In this document: positions 1 through 10,062 of the stretch, one piece after another | Layout: every line of letters starts with the position of its first letter | How positions within the stretch are numbered: the stretch's first letter is position 1 | Assembly (NCBI GenBank): GCA_947501605.1 | Contig: CANMWZ010000031.1 | Span: 1-49,907 of the forward strand | Origin: Planctomycetota bacterium | GTDB taxonomy: Bacteria > Planctomycetota > UBA1135 > UBA2386 | Length of the DNA stretch: 49,907 nt | Direction of reading: 5' to 3' | The notes under the pieces: generated by a model | What the model was told of the DNA's origin: nothing | Seen by the model: the letters and a program-made list of their open reading frames with translations, nothing else | Database searches by the model: none | Program-made: the position numbers and the translations under genes

Positions 1-2159
1 CCGCGCTCGACGCGCGTCTCGGCGACGATCTGGTGGAACGTCGGGCTCGTCGGGTCGATGTCGATGAAGCTGACCGTCGCGCTCGAGAAGTTCGACACCG
101 CGAGGTGGGTCATGTTCGGCGCCATCGCCATGCTGATCGGATCCGTCAGACGGATCGTGTCGAGCACCGTGAACCGGTTGCTGTTGACGACCAGGACCTG
201 GCGGTTGTCGCGATCGAGCACATAGAGGAAGTGGCCGATCTGCTGGCGCGAGGTGTACGGGCAGAACGGCGGCGGCGGCGGCGGCGACAGCGGCGGGCGC
301 TGCGGGCCGTAGAACGTGCCCATGAACACCGAACCGAAGAGCCCGAACTGACCGCTCGTGGTGTTGAACGGGTTGCCGGCGACCAGGCGATTCAGCGGCG
401 AGTTGGCGCAACCTGCCGCGACGCCACCCGTGAGGATGTTGCCGGGAGGACCCGAGCTCGAGTTGACCGTGGGCTCTTCACCGAAGATCGCGCGGCCTGG
501 GTTCGGCGGCGGGTAGCGGAGGCGCGGGGGATTCGGGTGCGGCGGCTGCGTGATCGTGTTGCCCGGCATCTGCTGGCCGAGCTGCGGGTTCATCTGGTTG
601 GCGCGCGTCGCGTTGACGTTGATGTTCTCGTTGTTGAACACCAGGTCGAGCGGCGCACCGACGTGGATATCGCCGACCGTGCCGACCAGCGGTTCGCGCA
701 GCAGCAGCGTGTCGAGGTTGGTATCGCGCACCAGGGACAGGGCCCCCGCGCCACCGGCATCGAGCGACGTGCGGCCTTCCGAGAGGGCCGGATCGACGCC
801 GTTGGTGCCGATGTTGGGCTGGATGCCCTGCTTGAACAGCGAGGTCACGAGATCGCCCGTGCCCTGACCGACACCGTTGAGGTCGATCACCGCGACGCCC
901 GGGGTCGAACCGCCGACGCCGACGTAGATCGCCTCGGGGGCGACCGGCGCGTTGACGATGCCCGGCCCTTGCCCGGTGCTGAACTGCGAGTTGACCGCGA
1001 GCCCGATCAGGTCGCCGGTCAGACCGCGGATCGCGGTGTTCTGCACGTTGACGTCCACCACCGACTCACCGGGCAGGTTGTAGGCCGGGGTCACGATGTA
1101 GTTGCAGAGGTCGCCGTAGTTGAACGGATCGGCGTGGTAGATGATCTGGAACGTCGCCGCGGCGGCGGTCACCGAGAGCACCAAGCCACCGGACGGCGGC
1201 GTCAGTTGCTGCGGGTTGAAGAACGAGCCGACGTCGCCCGGCTGCACCGGCTTGTTGAACCGGACCGTGACCGTCGTGGTCGGATCGATGCCCGTCTGGT
1301 TGTTGCCCGGGTTGATCGACGGCAAGGAGGTGAAGCCGAGCACCTGCGGCGGATTCGGATCGGCGCCCACCGTCGTGGCACTGCAGATCTCCTGTTCGAG
1401 CAGGTGGCCTTCGGTGTCGAGCACCGAGGCGGTGACGACGATGCGAATCAGCCGGTTCGAAGGGAAGGTCTCGAACGTCGCCAGGTTGTTGTCGAGGTCC
1501 GGGATGAACACGAACGACTTTTTGCTGATGAGGTCGGCAGCGCCCGGGAAGTTGGGGAAGCCCGCGGCCCGACTGTCGAGCACCACGATGCCGTCGTTGT
1601 TCGAATCCGGCCCGATGGCCTGGGTCTTCACCAACTGGCCCGACTGGTTGAAGAAGGTGATGCCGTTCACGAAGCCGCGGCCCGTGACCATGTTGCCGGT
1701 CTCGGTCGCCGGGTCGTAGGCGATCACGTTCAGCGAACCGGTCAGGCCCGAGTTGCTCTGGTTGGCGAGCAGGTCGCTGAGGATCGAGTCGACGTCCAGC
1801 TTGTGGCTGAAGGTGAAGTGGATGAACTGATTGCCGGGGTCGCCATTCGGCAAGGTCAGCGTCGTGTCGAACGTCGCGACCGGCAGCACGCCGTTGTTGC
1901 CCGAGACGTTCTGCTTCATCGTGGTCTCGTCCTCGATGTTCAGCACGGTCGTCGTCGGGTTGCCGAACGAGTCGGCGGCGCGAATGCGGTACGGATAGAT
2001 CGTGCCGCGACCGGTACTGATCGACGTCACCTTGAAGTCACCGCGATTGTCGCGGTCCCCAGGTGAGCCGCCGGAGCAGCCAGCGAGAACTGCGAGAACG
2101 GCCAGCGAGCCGCATGCGAACGCAGTCCGCGAGTACAGATGAGGAAGGGGGTTCATCAT
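1..2159 (-). CDS. Large surface lipoprotein with Ig-like (Big_5-type) domain and beta-propeller; runs off the left edge
   Basis: Absent from the ORF track because no stop lies in the window. Manual translation from ATG 2159: MMNPLPHLYSRTAFACGSLAVLAVLAGC (lipobox LAGC), PGNNQTGIDPTTTVTVRFNKPV (Big_5-like), a Pro-rich stretch, then propeller-like blades HFLYVLDRDNRQVLVVNS...HLAVSNFSSATVSFIDID. Strong G/C third-position bias. Confidence 0.85.
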   Translation of the reverse strand, partial: MMNPLPHLYSRTAFACGSLAVLAVLAGCSGGSPGDRDNRGDFKVTSISTGRGTIYPYRIRAADSFGNPTTTVLNIEDETTMKQNVSGNNGVLPVATFDTTLTLPNGDPGNQFIHFTFSHKLDVDSILSDLLANQSNSGLTGSLNVIAYDPATETGNMVTGRGFVNGITFFNQSGQLVKTQAIGPDSNNDGIVVLDSRAAGFPNFPGAADLISKKSFVFIPDLDNNLATFETFPSNRLIRIVVTASVLDTEGHLLEQEICSATTVGADPNPPQVLGFTSLPSINPGNNQTGIDPTTTVTVRFNKPVQPGDVGSFFNPQQLTPPSGGLVLSVTAAAATFQIIYHADPFNYGDLCNYIVTPAYNLPGESVVDVNVQNTAIRGLTGDLIGLAVNSQFSTGQGPGIVNAPVAPEAIYVGVGGSTPGVAVIDLNGVGQGTGDLVTSLFKQGIQPNIGTNGVDPALSEGRTSLDAGGAGALSLVRDTNLDTLLLREPLVGTVGDIHVGAPLDLVFNNENINVNATRANQMNPQLGQQMPGNTITQPPHPNPPRLRYPPPNPGRAIFGEEPTVNSSSGPPGNILTGGVAAGCANSPLNRLVAGNPFNTTSGQFGLFGSVFMGTFYGPQRPPLSPPPPPPFCPYTSRQQIGHFLYVLDRDNRQVLVVNSNRFTVLDTIRLTDPISMAMAPNMTHLAVSNFSSATVSFIDIDPTSPTFHQIVAETRVER

Positions 2160-2321
2160 GTTCAAAAACGCCCGTGCGGTGGGCATCGAGTTGGAACGAG
2201 GGTCGCTCCAGACGTCCGAGGGGCCGTAGAAAGCTACTGTAGGCGAAGTTCCGTTCAAGCAACTGCGACCACATTGCGCCGGCCCGAGGACACCTGGAGA
2301 TCTGCCGATGGCACCGAGTTG

Positions 2322-2336
2322 GCAACAACAGTGCCC
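2322..2336 (-). promoter_or_regulatory. Possible sigma-54 (-24/-12) promoter for the large lipoprotein gene
   Basis: Minus strand reads GGGCAC-TGTTG-TTGC, one mismatch from TGGCAC-N5-TTGC; intergenic, correctly oriented, about 160 nt upstream of ATG 2159. Confidence 0.4.
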
Positions 2337-2533
2337 GACGTCTGGGCTCGCGCGAAGGCAGTAGCCAACGGCTCGGCCGCCACCCGAAGCTACTCGCGGG
2401 ACGCCGCAAACCCCCGTGTTGCGGGGCAAGTAACCACATCGCCCCCCGCCGCCCGCCACCCGGAGCGACCCTCGTGCGGGCCCGCACACGTGCGCCATCG
2501 CGCAGCGATCCCGCTCGCCGAATGCAGCAGCCG

Positions 2534-2920
2534 TCAGCCTGGACGGTTCTGCAGGAAAGTTGCGATGTCCCCCAGGAACTTCTCGAGGTAGGTGCACAGT
2601 TCGGGTGCCAGCCCGACTTCGTCCATCGCCGCCCGCATCAACAGGACCCAGCGATCCCGCGCGGCGGTGTCGATCGCGAACGGCGCATGCCGCATGCGCA
2701 AGCGCGGGTGGCCTCGCTGGTGCAGATACTCGGGCGGGCCACCGAGGCGGTAGACCAAGAAGCTGCGCAACCTCGCCTCGGCGCCTGGCAGGTCGTCCGG
2801 CGGATACATGGGCCCGAGGATCGGGTCCAGCGGGACTCGGCGGTAGAACGCGGCCACCATTGCGGCGATCGCGGCGCCGCCCGCCAGGTCGTAGACCGGC
2901 AATTCCTCGGATTCACTCAC
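2534..2920 (-). CDS. glbO: Group II truncated hemoglobin
   Basis: YDLAGG..AAFYRRV..DPILGPMYP..LGGPPEY..RGHPRLRMRHAPFAI..RDRW motifs. Start GTG 2920 (alternative ATG 2932). Confidence 0.9.
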   Translation of the reverse strand: MSESEELPVYDLAGGAAIAAMVAAFYRRVPLDPILGPMYPPDDLPGAEARLRSFLVYRLGGPPEYLHQRGHPRLRMRHAPFAIDTAARDRWVLLMRAAMDEVGLAPELCTYLEKFLGDIATFLQNRPG

Positions 2921-2974
2921 GGCGCGGAGCATGATGGACCGCAGGAAGAAGGCAACTACGATCCGCGGCCCAGA

Positions 2975-4000
2975 ATGATCTTCCACGACCCAAACGTTGC
3001 CCAGGAGGCAGAGTTCGACCGGAGCCTGCGGCCGGCGACGTTTCAGGAGTTCGTCGGCCAGGAGCAAGTGCGCGAGAACCTCGGCGTCGCGATCGCCGCG
3101 GCGCGCGAGCGCAGCGAACCGCTGGACCACGTCCTGCTCTGCGGACCACCCGGCCTTGGCAAGACCACGCTTGCCCACCTCGTCGCCCACGGCATGCAGA
3201 CGGAGCTGGTCATCACCTCGGGCCCAGCGCTCGCCGCGCCACGCGATCTCGCCGGCATGCTGACGCGCCTGCAACGCAACCAAGTGTTGTTCATCGACGA
3301 GATCCACCGCCTGCCCCGAGTGCTGGAGGAGTACCTCTACTCGGCGATGGAGGACCACGCGATCGACGTCGTGCTCGACAGTGGGCCCGGCGGTCGCAGC
3401 GTTCGTCTCGGGGTGCAACCTTTCACCTTGGTCGGCGCGACCACGCGCGAAGGGCTGCTGACCGCGGCGTTCCGCTCGCGGTTTGGCATCGTCGAGCGCC
3501 TCGAGCCGTATCCGCCGGAGCATCTCCAGGAGATCCTGCGGCGCGCTGCGATCCGCCTGTCGGTAGCGCTCGACGCCGGGGCCGCGCGCTGGCTCGCGGA
3601 ACGCAGTCGCGGCACGCCGCGCATGTCGCTCCGCATCCTGCGACGCGTCCGCGACCTTGCTCAAGTACAGCAACGGGCGGCGATCGACATCGACGTGGCG
3701 ACGCAGGCCCTTGACCGCCTGCGCATCGACGGCCTCGGCCTCGAAGAAGTCGATCGTCGCGTCTTGCGCGCCCTCGCGGATCGTGGTGAACCGATTGGGC
3801 TGAAGACGCTCGCGGCCATGGTGGACGAGGCCGAGGACACGATCGAGGAAGTGCTCGAACCGCACCTGCTGCGCTGCGGGCTGATCGCACGAACCCAGCG
3901 CGGCCGAATCGTCACAGCGCGCGGCCTCGAGCACCTCGGTCGACCCGCCGCTCGGGCGAGCGGCAGCGATGCCGGCGGCGAGTTGCCATTTCCGCAGTGA
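2975..4000 (+). CDS. ruvB: Holliday junction branch migration helicase RuvB
   Basis: SLRPATFQEFVGQ, Walker A GPPGLGKTT, Walker B LFIDEIHRL, FTLVGATTR, SRGTPR, RTQRGR. Start trimmed to ATG 2975. Confidence 0.97.
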   Translation: MIFHDPNVAQEAEFDRSLRPATFQEFVGQEQVRENLGVAIAAARERSEPLDHVLLCGPPGLGKTTLAHLVAHGMQTELVITSGPALAAPRDLAGMLTRLQRNQVLFIDEIHRLPRVLEEYLYSAMEDHAIDVVLDSGPGGRSVRLGVQPFTLVGATTREGLLTAAFRSRFGIVERLEPYPPEHLQEILRRAAIRLSVALDAGAARWLAERSRGTPRMSLRILRRVRDLAQVQQRAAIDIDVATQALDRLRIDGLGLEEVDRRVLRALADRGEPIGLKTLAAMVDEAEDTIEEVLEPHLLRCGLIARTQRGRIVTARGLEHLGRPAARASGSDAGGELPFPQ

Positions 4001-4061
4001 GTTCTTCCGCCCCAAGAAGCGCCGTGTCCGACCCCAGTCCATCGCTGTCAAAGAGGCTCCC

Positions 4062-5144
4062 GTGACCGGATTCCGCTTCGAGTTGTTGGCGCAGACGGGA
4101 GCGCTTCGGCGCGGTCGCTGCCACACGGCGCACGGGACGTTCGAGACACCCTGCTTTGCTCCGGTCGGGACCTACGCAACATTGAAGGGCCTGACGCCCG
4201 AACAGGTGAAGGCCACTGGTGCCGAGCTGGTCCTCGCCAACAGCTATCACCTACACGTCCGCCCCGGCGCCGAGCGCATCGAACGCCTCGGTGGCCTGCA
4301 TGCGTTCATGGGCTGGGATGGCCCGATCCTGACGGACAGCGGCGGCTACCAAGTGTTCTCCCTTGGCGGCAAGGTGCAAATCGATCAGGACGGCGTCACG
4401 TTCCAATCGGTGATCGACGGCAGTTCGCACCGTTGTACGCCGGAGTCGGTACTGACCTTTCAGAAGCAGCTCGGTCCCGACATCGCGATGGTGCTCGACC
4501 ACTGCCCCGCCGGGGATGCGCCTCCGGAGTACCAACGCGCCGCGCATGAACGCACGCTTCTCTGGGCTCGCCGCGCCCGCGATCTGCACGCGAGCTGGGG
4601 CGGCAGCGCGCGTGGGCAGGCCGTCTTTGGCATCGTGCAAGGCGGCACGGATCCAGCGCTTCGGGCCGAGAGCGCGCAGGCGCTCGCGGCCATGGACTTC
4701 GACGGCTACGCCATCGGCGGGCTGTCGGTCGGCGAGACCAAGCAGCAGATGGCAACGGCCCTCGATGCCGCCGTGCACGAACTGCCGGCGCAGAAGGTCC
4801 GCTACATGATGGGCGTCGGCATGCCTGAAGACCTGCTCGCGGCAACCGCGGGCGGCGTCGACATGTTCGACTGCGTGGTGCCGACACGGCACGGTCGCAA
4901 TCATCAGGCCTTCGCGCCGGATGGCGGCGTGCTCAAGCTGCGCAACGCGCAGTACGCCGACGACCCGCGTCCTCTGGTCGAAGGCTGCCCGTGCTACTGC
5001 TGTCGCAAGTACTGCCGCGCCTACCTGCGCCACCTCGCCGTCGCCAACGAGATGCTGGCTGGCATCCTGCTTTCGATCCACAACATCCACTTCCTCCAAG
5101 ACCTGATGCGCTCGATCCGCGCACGCGCCGAAGGCAACGCATGA
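4062..5144 (+). CDS. tgt: tRNA-guanine transglycosylase
   Basis: ETPCFAPVGT, NSYHL, LTDSGGYQVFSL, GIVQGG, GGLSVGE, DMFDCVVPTR, Zn motif CPCYCC...H. GTG start preceded by AAGAGG. Confidence 0.96.
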   Translation: MTGFRFELLAQTGALRRGRCHTAHGTFETPCFAPVGTYATLKGLTPEQVKATGAELVLANSYHLHVRPGAERIERLGGLHAFMGWDGPILTDSGGYQVFSLGGKVQIDQDGVTFQSVIDGSSHRCTPESVLTFQKQLGPDIAMVLDHCPAGDAPPEYQRAAHERTLLWARRARDLHASWGGSARGQAVFGIVQGGTDPALRAESAQALAAMDFDGYAIGGLSVGETKQQMATALDAAVHELPAQKVRYMMGVGMPEDLLAATAGGVDMFDCVVPTRHGRNHQAFAPDGGVLKLRNAQYADDPRPLVEGCPCYCCRKYCRAYLRHLAVANEMLAGILLSIHNIHFLQDLMRSIRARAEGNA

Positions 5145-6349
5145 ACATGCTCCTCCGCCTCTCTCCATTGCTCCTCTGTGCGCTGCTCGCGGCCCAAGGG
5201 CAAAATTCACTGCGCATCGGCAGCTGGAACCTCGAGCACTTCGGCAGCTCACCGGCGCTGCGCGCGGTGACCGATCCAGGTCAACCACGGCGCGAGCTGC
5301 CGGGCCGCGACGACGGCGACCTCAAGAAGATCGGCGCCTTCATCACCGAACTCGGCGTTTCGGTGCTCGCGGTTCAGGAGATCAATGGCGAAGCGCCGCT
5401 GCGCCAGTTGTGCCCCCACATCGGCCCGTCGTGGGACTGCTTCCTCGGGACCAGCGGCGGCTGGACCGACGGCAAGTCATCGCAGGCAATCGGCTTTCTG
5501 TACGACACGGCGCGCGTTCGACTGCTGTGGGCTGAGGAACTCAACGACTTCCCGCGCGAACAGGACGGCTTGCCGATCTACCATCGGGTGCCGGTGACCG
5601 CGTGCTTCCAGGACACGCGCACTGGCATCGATTTTCGCGCCGTCTGCGTGCACTTGAAGGCCGGGCGCGACAAGTCGGATGTGCAGAAGCGCAAACTCGA
5701 AGCAACCGGGTTGCGCGACTGGCTCGTGCTGCTGCAATCGAACAAGGGCGAGGACCAGGACATCGTCGTGATGGGCGACTTCAACAGCACCTACGGCGAT
5801 GACCCCCAGACGGTGTTCGAGGAGGCCGGTGTCGCGCGCTACCTGCCGCAGCCGAAGCCCGAACCGACGATCCTGCACTTCCCCGAACCGATCGACCAGA
5901 TCGCAGCGTCGCCGCGGTTCCTCGAGATCGTGCCCCACACGTTTGACGCGCATGGCGAAGCCTCCACCAAGGACCGCGACGCCTGGCGGAAGACCTACAG
6001 CGACCACTTCCCGGTCACCGTCGACCTAGTGGCCGCGGGCGACGACGATCCGCAGGCGACCTTCAGCCACGGCAAGAACCTCCACGTGTTGCCAGTCAGT
6101 CTGCGCCCGCAACCGGATCCGGCAACCAAGTCCGACGCAGCCGCAGAACCCTCGGCCGCACGACCCCAACGAGCCGACCCCTTTCCCATCGGCACCGCGG
6201 TCTACGTGTTCACGACGAACGGCGACAAGATCGGCGGCACGCTGCTGGCACCGCTGGGCGAGTGGGTCGTGCTGCGCGACGTTCCCAACTACGTGATCCG
6301 AGCCTTCCCAGCGGCGCAGGTCCGCGAAGTGCAGAAGCAGAAGCAGTAG
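5141..6349 (+). CDS. Secreted endonuclease/exonuclease/phosphatase (EEP) family protein
   Basis: Signal peptide; SWNLEHF, AVQEI, VHLKAG, MGDFN, IDQI, SDHFPV motifs; ATGA overlap with the tgt stop. Confidence 0.9.
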   Translation: MNMLLRLSPLLLCALLAAQGQNSLRIGSWNLEHFGSSPALRAVTDPGQPRRELPGRDDGDLKKIGAFITELGVSVLAVQEINGEAPLRQLCPHIGPSWDCFLGTSGGWTDGKSSQAIGFLYDTARVRLLWAEELNDFPREQDGLPIYHRVPVTACFQDTRTGIDFRAVCVHLKAGRDKSDVQKRKLEATGLRDWLVLLQSNKGEDQDIVVMGDFNSTYGDDPQTVFEEAGVARYLPQPKPEPTILHFPEPIDQIAASPRFLEIVPHTFDAHGEASTKDRDAWRKTYSDHFPVTVDLVAAGDDDPQATFSHGKNLHVLPVSLRPQPDPATKSDAAAEPSAARPQRADPFPIGTAVYVFTTNGDKIGGTLLAPLGEWVVLRDVPNYVIRAFPAAQVREVQKQKQ

Positions 6350-6713
6350 CAGAGGCTGCCCAGCGCGCAACGGGTGACGGGAACCCAGAACAACGGGGAA
6401 CCCACGTCGACTGCAGACAGGCGAGAGCCGGCGCCGGGCGGCCGCGCGAAGACTCACGGCGACCGGCGCGCAACCGCGAACATGGGACACTGCCGTACAT
6501 GAGGAGAGGCCCCCCACCTTCGCCCCCGGAAACGCAGACACCGTGTCGTAGCTTCCTATGGTGGAGGGCCTCGTGACCGCGCCGCGAATCACTTCAGCGA
6601 TGCGGACAGTGCGGACTAATCCGCACACCCGTCGCGGTTGCAGGTCCGTTACAAGATTTTGCAAACCTCATCGCGATAGCGGTGCCGCGCCCGATCGGGC
6701 ACGATCCCCGACG

Positions 6714-7784
6714 ATGCGTCGACTCGCCGCGCTCTGCTTCCTGTTCCTGTCGCTGGCGACGATGGTGCGAGCGCAGAATGCGGACGACGCCGGCGACTTG
6801 CTGCGTCGGTTCGACGCCCTCCCAGAAGCCACGCGCCTCGCCTTGGTCGCCGACATCGAGGTCCGGTTATCGCAGCTTGCCGACGACGGCCTACAGCGTA
6901 TTGCCGCCGCCGCGACCACGGCCACTTCGCCAAGACCCCTGCGAGCGCGGACCTTCCACGACCCCAAGGTCTTCGCGCCGGTAGCGCCGGCCCGCACCTG
7001 GATCCGCGAGAGCGATGTGCGCCACCACAGCGTGAAGAGCGACTTCCCCCCAGTTCGTGTACTTCGCGACCTGCGGCCGACCGTCGTCTACGACTGGCTC
7101 GCCGGCGAGGCGGCGCTGGCGCCCGAGGCCCCCACCGCGCGCGAGCGGTTCGCCAACTTGTGCGCCGGCTACCCGCCGCTTGCCGATGCCGCGATCGCCG
7201 CCGTACTCGCGCAGCTCGACCGCGACGGCGATCAGCGCTTGATCGCGCAATGGTGCGAGCAGCTCTACGCCGACCGCGACGGCCGCGTCTTCGAAGGGAT
7301 CACGTTGTACGCCGCGTGGTACTCGGGCCGCGTGGTCGAAGTGCCCGATGTCGACGCCATTGCCTTCGCCCGCGCCATCGTGCGGACCGACGCCTACCAG
7401 AGCCCCATCCCTGAGGGTCGCCGCCGCGATCGGCTCTATTCGCAAATCCGTGCGGCGATCAAGAAGCACCGTGAGTACCGCACACTGTGCGAGACCGCGG
7501 CTGCCGCGTTCGTGACCGCGTCCCCCGAGCTCGACCCTACCTACCAGCCGCTGGTGGATCGCATGCACTTCCTTTGGGGCGAGTGCGGACAAGACGTCGC
7601 GCGTTTCGCCAGCAAGCTCACCGAGAGCGACCGCAGTGAACTCCTGACCGAACTCGATGCGCGGATCACCAAGTCGCCCGAGGCATACTCACTCGCCATC
7701 GAGAGCAAGAACGAAAGGAAGGCGCTGGCCCAATTGGTGCGGCAAGCCTGCCGCGAAGCGCTGCTGACTGCAGAGAGCAAGTAG
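6714..7784 (+). CDS. Secreted hypothetical protein
   Basis: Signal peptide MRRLAALCFLFLSLATMVRA-Q; protein-like helical composition; no recognised family. Confidence 0.75.
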   Translation: MRRLAALCFLFLSLATMVRAQNADDAGDLLRRFDALPEATRLALVADIEVRLSQLADDGLQRIAAAATTATSPRPLRARTFHDPKVFAPVAPARTWIRESDVRHHSVKSDFPPVRVLRDLRPTVVYDWLAGEAALAPEAPTARERFANLCAGYPPLADAAIAAVLAQLDRDGDQRLIAQWCEQLYADRDGRVFEGITLYAAWYSGRVVEVPDVDAIAFARAIVRTDAYQSPIPEGRRRDRLYSQIRAAIKKHREYRTLCETAAAAFVTASPELDPTYQPLVDRMHFLWGECGQDVARFASKLTESDRSELLTELDARITKSPEAYSLAIESKNERKALAQLVRQACREALLTAESK

Positions 7785-7814
7785 CGCCTCCGGGGATTCT
7801 GCGAGCCGTCGGCG

Positions 7815-9446
7815 TCAGCGCTTCCAGCTCGCCATCGCCTTGATCCACGCCTTGCGCAGCGCCACCAGATCCACGGTGCCAAAGGTCGCCTCGTACGCCG
7901 CCTTCTGCAGTTCATCCTGGAGCGGCAACAGCCACTTCTTGTCCTTCTCGTCGATCTTCAACTGCTCGCGCTTCTTGCGCGTCGCCTCGCGCAAGTTCTT
8001 CAGATAGACGTCCGGCAGTGCGCCCCAGTCCTTGTTGCCCTTCGCATCCTTGCGCTGCTCTTCGAGGAAGTAGCACAAGGCCCAGCCAAACGCATAATTG
8101 CGCATGACCCCCTCGCCATAGAACTGCGACTGCGTCATCCGCAGCAACTTCTCCAGGTCGGGCCAGCTATCGTCCTTCTGCGCCAACTTGATGACGGCGA
8201 GTCGGAAGCGGTTCTTGTCGATCTTGCGGATCTCGTTCTTGCGCCGGTCCGGCACAGCACCGGCAAAGACCTCGCCAAAGCCCTCGTTGAACCACGAGGC
8301 CGGCGCGAGATTGCCGTTGGCATAGAAGAAGTACTGGTGCATCGCCTCGTGGTAGAGGATGTCGAGCACCTGGATGTGCTTCAGCTCGGGGTTCCGCCGG
8401 TAGGCCTTCTCGTCGAGCGTCTGCATGTCGACGAGGACAAGTTCTTCGTCGACGAAGTTCCAGTAGCCACCGGTGCCGGGCGGCCCACCGTAGGCTTGGT
8501 AGTCGTCATAGGTCGAGCAGAAGCGAACCGCCGAGATGACTTGATCGAGATCGACTCCCGCCACCGGCGGGAAGCGCTCGATGTAGTTGAGCCGCATCAG
8601 CTCGAGGTCGACCATGATCTGCTGGATCAAGCCTGAGTCCTTGGTGTTGGTGACGAACACGAAGTGCTCGGTGTCGAAAGCGCGCCAGCCCTTCACGAGC
8701 TTCTTGCGCACAGCGTCGCGAAACTCCTGGTTGCCGAACTTCGAATCCGAGCTCTCGACATCGTCGGCGCCGAGTTCCGTCCGCTGCAGACTCTTCGCCA
8801 TGTCCTCGACGAGGTCCTTCCATGGGTCGAGCCACGGTCCCTGCGCCACGAGCCCGAAGTACTCGGCGTCGTCTTCGAGCATGTAGGTGCGGATCACCGC
8901 GACCTGGTTCTCCTCGCGCTTGCGAAAATCGAAGACCTTGCCGATCACCTTCCGCGCCACGAAGGGCACGCCGTCCTTCGATTTCAGCGGTTTCTCGCCG
9001 TCCACCGCCTCGAGATCGCTGGGCAGTCCGCGCCGCTTCAAGAACTCGTCGACCGTCGTGCCACCGTTGCGCGCAGCGATGACCTCGTCACGCACGGTAG
9101 CATCGGCTTCGTCGTCCTGGTCGCGCGGCTCGCCGCCGCCTTCGGCTGGCGCACCCCCTGCTGCAACGCCAGTTGCTGGCCCTTTGGACTTGCGGATGCG
9201 GACCAACAACACCGTGCAATCGGCTGTGCCGCGGTAGAGCTTGTCCTTGAACTCGATGGCACCGCTCCACTTGGCCAATGCCTGTTGCTCGTTGGGCTCA
9301 GTGGGGACGGGCTTGACCGACTTCGCGACGAAAATACGGTAGCCCTCCGCCAAGTCCTGAAACCGGTCGCGCTGCGCCGCGAGCGGGACCAACAGCATCG
9401 CGAGCGCGAACAGCGACCGCAGGAAAACGAGGCAAGGTGCGTTCAT
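7815..9446 (-). CDS. Secreted DUF1570-like / gluzincin-type HEXXH protein
   Basis: Signal peptide; TEHFVFVTN, GGYW, LYHEAMHQY (HEXXH), WFNEGFGEVF, YAFGWALCYFL. Confidence 0.8.
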   Translation of the reverse strand: MNAPCLVFLRSLFALAMLLVPLAAQRDRFQDLAEGYRIFVAKSVKPVPTEPNEQQALAKWSGAIEFKDKLYRGTADCTVLLVRIRKSKGPATGVAAGGAPAEGGGEPRDQDDEADATVRDEVIAARNGGTTVDEFLKRRGLPSDLEAVDGEKPLKSKDGVPFVARKVIGKVFDFRKREENQVAVIRTYMLEDDAEYFGLVAQGPWLDPWKDLVEDMAKSLQRTELGADDVESSDSKFGNQEFRDAVRKKLVKGWRAFDTEHFVFVTNTKDSGLIQQIMVDLELMRLNYIERFPPVAGVDLDQVISAVRFCSTYDDYQAYGGPPGTGGYWNFVDEELVLVDMQTLDEKAYRRNPELKHIQVLDILYHEAMHQYFFYANGNLAPASWFNEGFGEVFAGAVPDRRKNEIRKIDKNRFRLAVIKLAQKDDSWPDLEKLLRMTQSQFYGEGVMRNYAFGWALCYFLEEQRKDAKGNKDWGALPDVYLKNLREATRKKREQLKIDEKDKKWLLPLQDELQKAAYEATFGTVDLVALRKAWIKAMASWKR

Positions 9447-9552
9447 GAGCAGCGGGCGTAGGGCGGCCAGCCTAGCCGTGCCCCCTGTTGGCGTCGGCCC
9501 CGGGAGCCGAAAACTCCGCAGAACCGCGGGACTCGCGCGCGATCATGGCGGC

Positions 9553-9999
9553 ATGAGCTACACGCGCTGCAAGCGGGCCGCATCCCTCGCCACTGCATTA
9601 CTTGCCGGGTGCCATGCTCCGCCCATCGAGCGCGCCACGGCCACCGCGGTGCTCGACGCGCAAGTCGCGCGCTGGAACCAAGGCGACCTGGAGGGTTTCG
9701 TCGCCACCTATTGGAACGGCCCGGAACTGACGTTTTACGGCAAAGGCGGCCTCACCCGCGGCCGCAAGGACCTGCTCGCGACCTACCAACGGAGCTACCC
9801 CACGGCGAAGGAGCGCGGCCTGCTGTCGTTCGAGGTCGTCGAGTTCGCACCCCTGGGGACCGCGCATGCTCTCGTGCTCGGGCGGTATCGCATCGTCGGC
9901 GAGGCGCCGTCCGAGGGCGTGTTCTCGCTGGTGCTCGGGGTGCAGAACGGGGCCGTCGTCATCCTCCACGACCACACCACCGGCACCGCTCTGAAGTAA
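9553..9999 (+). CDS. NTF2-like (DUF4440/YybH) lipoprotein
   Basis: Lipobox LAGC; QVARWNQGDLEGFVATYW, YQRSYP, GLLSF, GVFSLV, ILHDHT. Confidence 0.85.
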   Translation: MSYTRCKRAASLATALLAGCHAPPIERATATAVLDAQVARWNQGDLEGFVATYWNGPELTFYGKGGLTRGRKDLLATYQRSYPTAKERGLLSFEVVEFAPLGTAHALVLGRYRIVGEAPSEGVFSLVLGVQNGAVVILHDHTTGTALK

Positions 10000-10062
10000 C
10001 CCGCTGTCGGCGGCAGCTCGCACCGCTAGACTGCGCGCCTCCGCTGTCCCTGAGGCTGTCGC

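Noticed and set aside
33..2066. 677-aa plus-strand ORF
   Set aside because: Arg/Val/Asp-rich antisense shadow of the real minus-strand lipoprotein gene; no motifs.
2309..2324. Plus-strand TGGCAC...TGGC as a sigma-54 site
   Set aside because: The -12 element does not match TTGC at the right spacing and no plus-strand gene follows closely.
2474..4126. Long N-terminal extensions of the ruvB and globin ORFs
   Set aside because: Each extension is the antisense of the other gene; homology starts at 2975 and about 2920.
4062..5144. tgt as an atypical queuine-salvage or DNA-modifying (DpdA-like) enzyme
   Set aside because: It has the DHC cysteine and GLSVGE valine typical of canonical preQ1-inserting bacterial TGT, in a housekeeping context.
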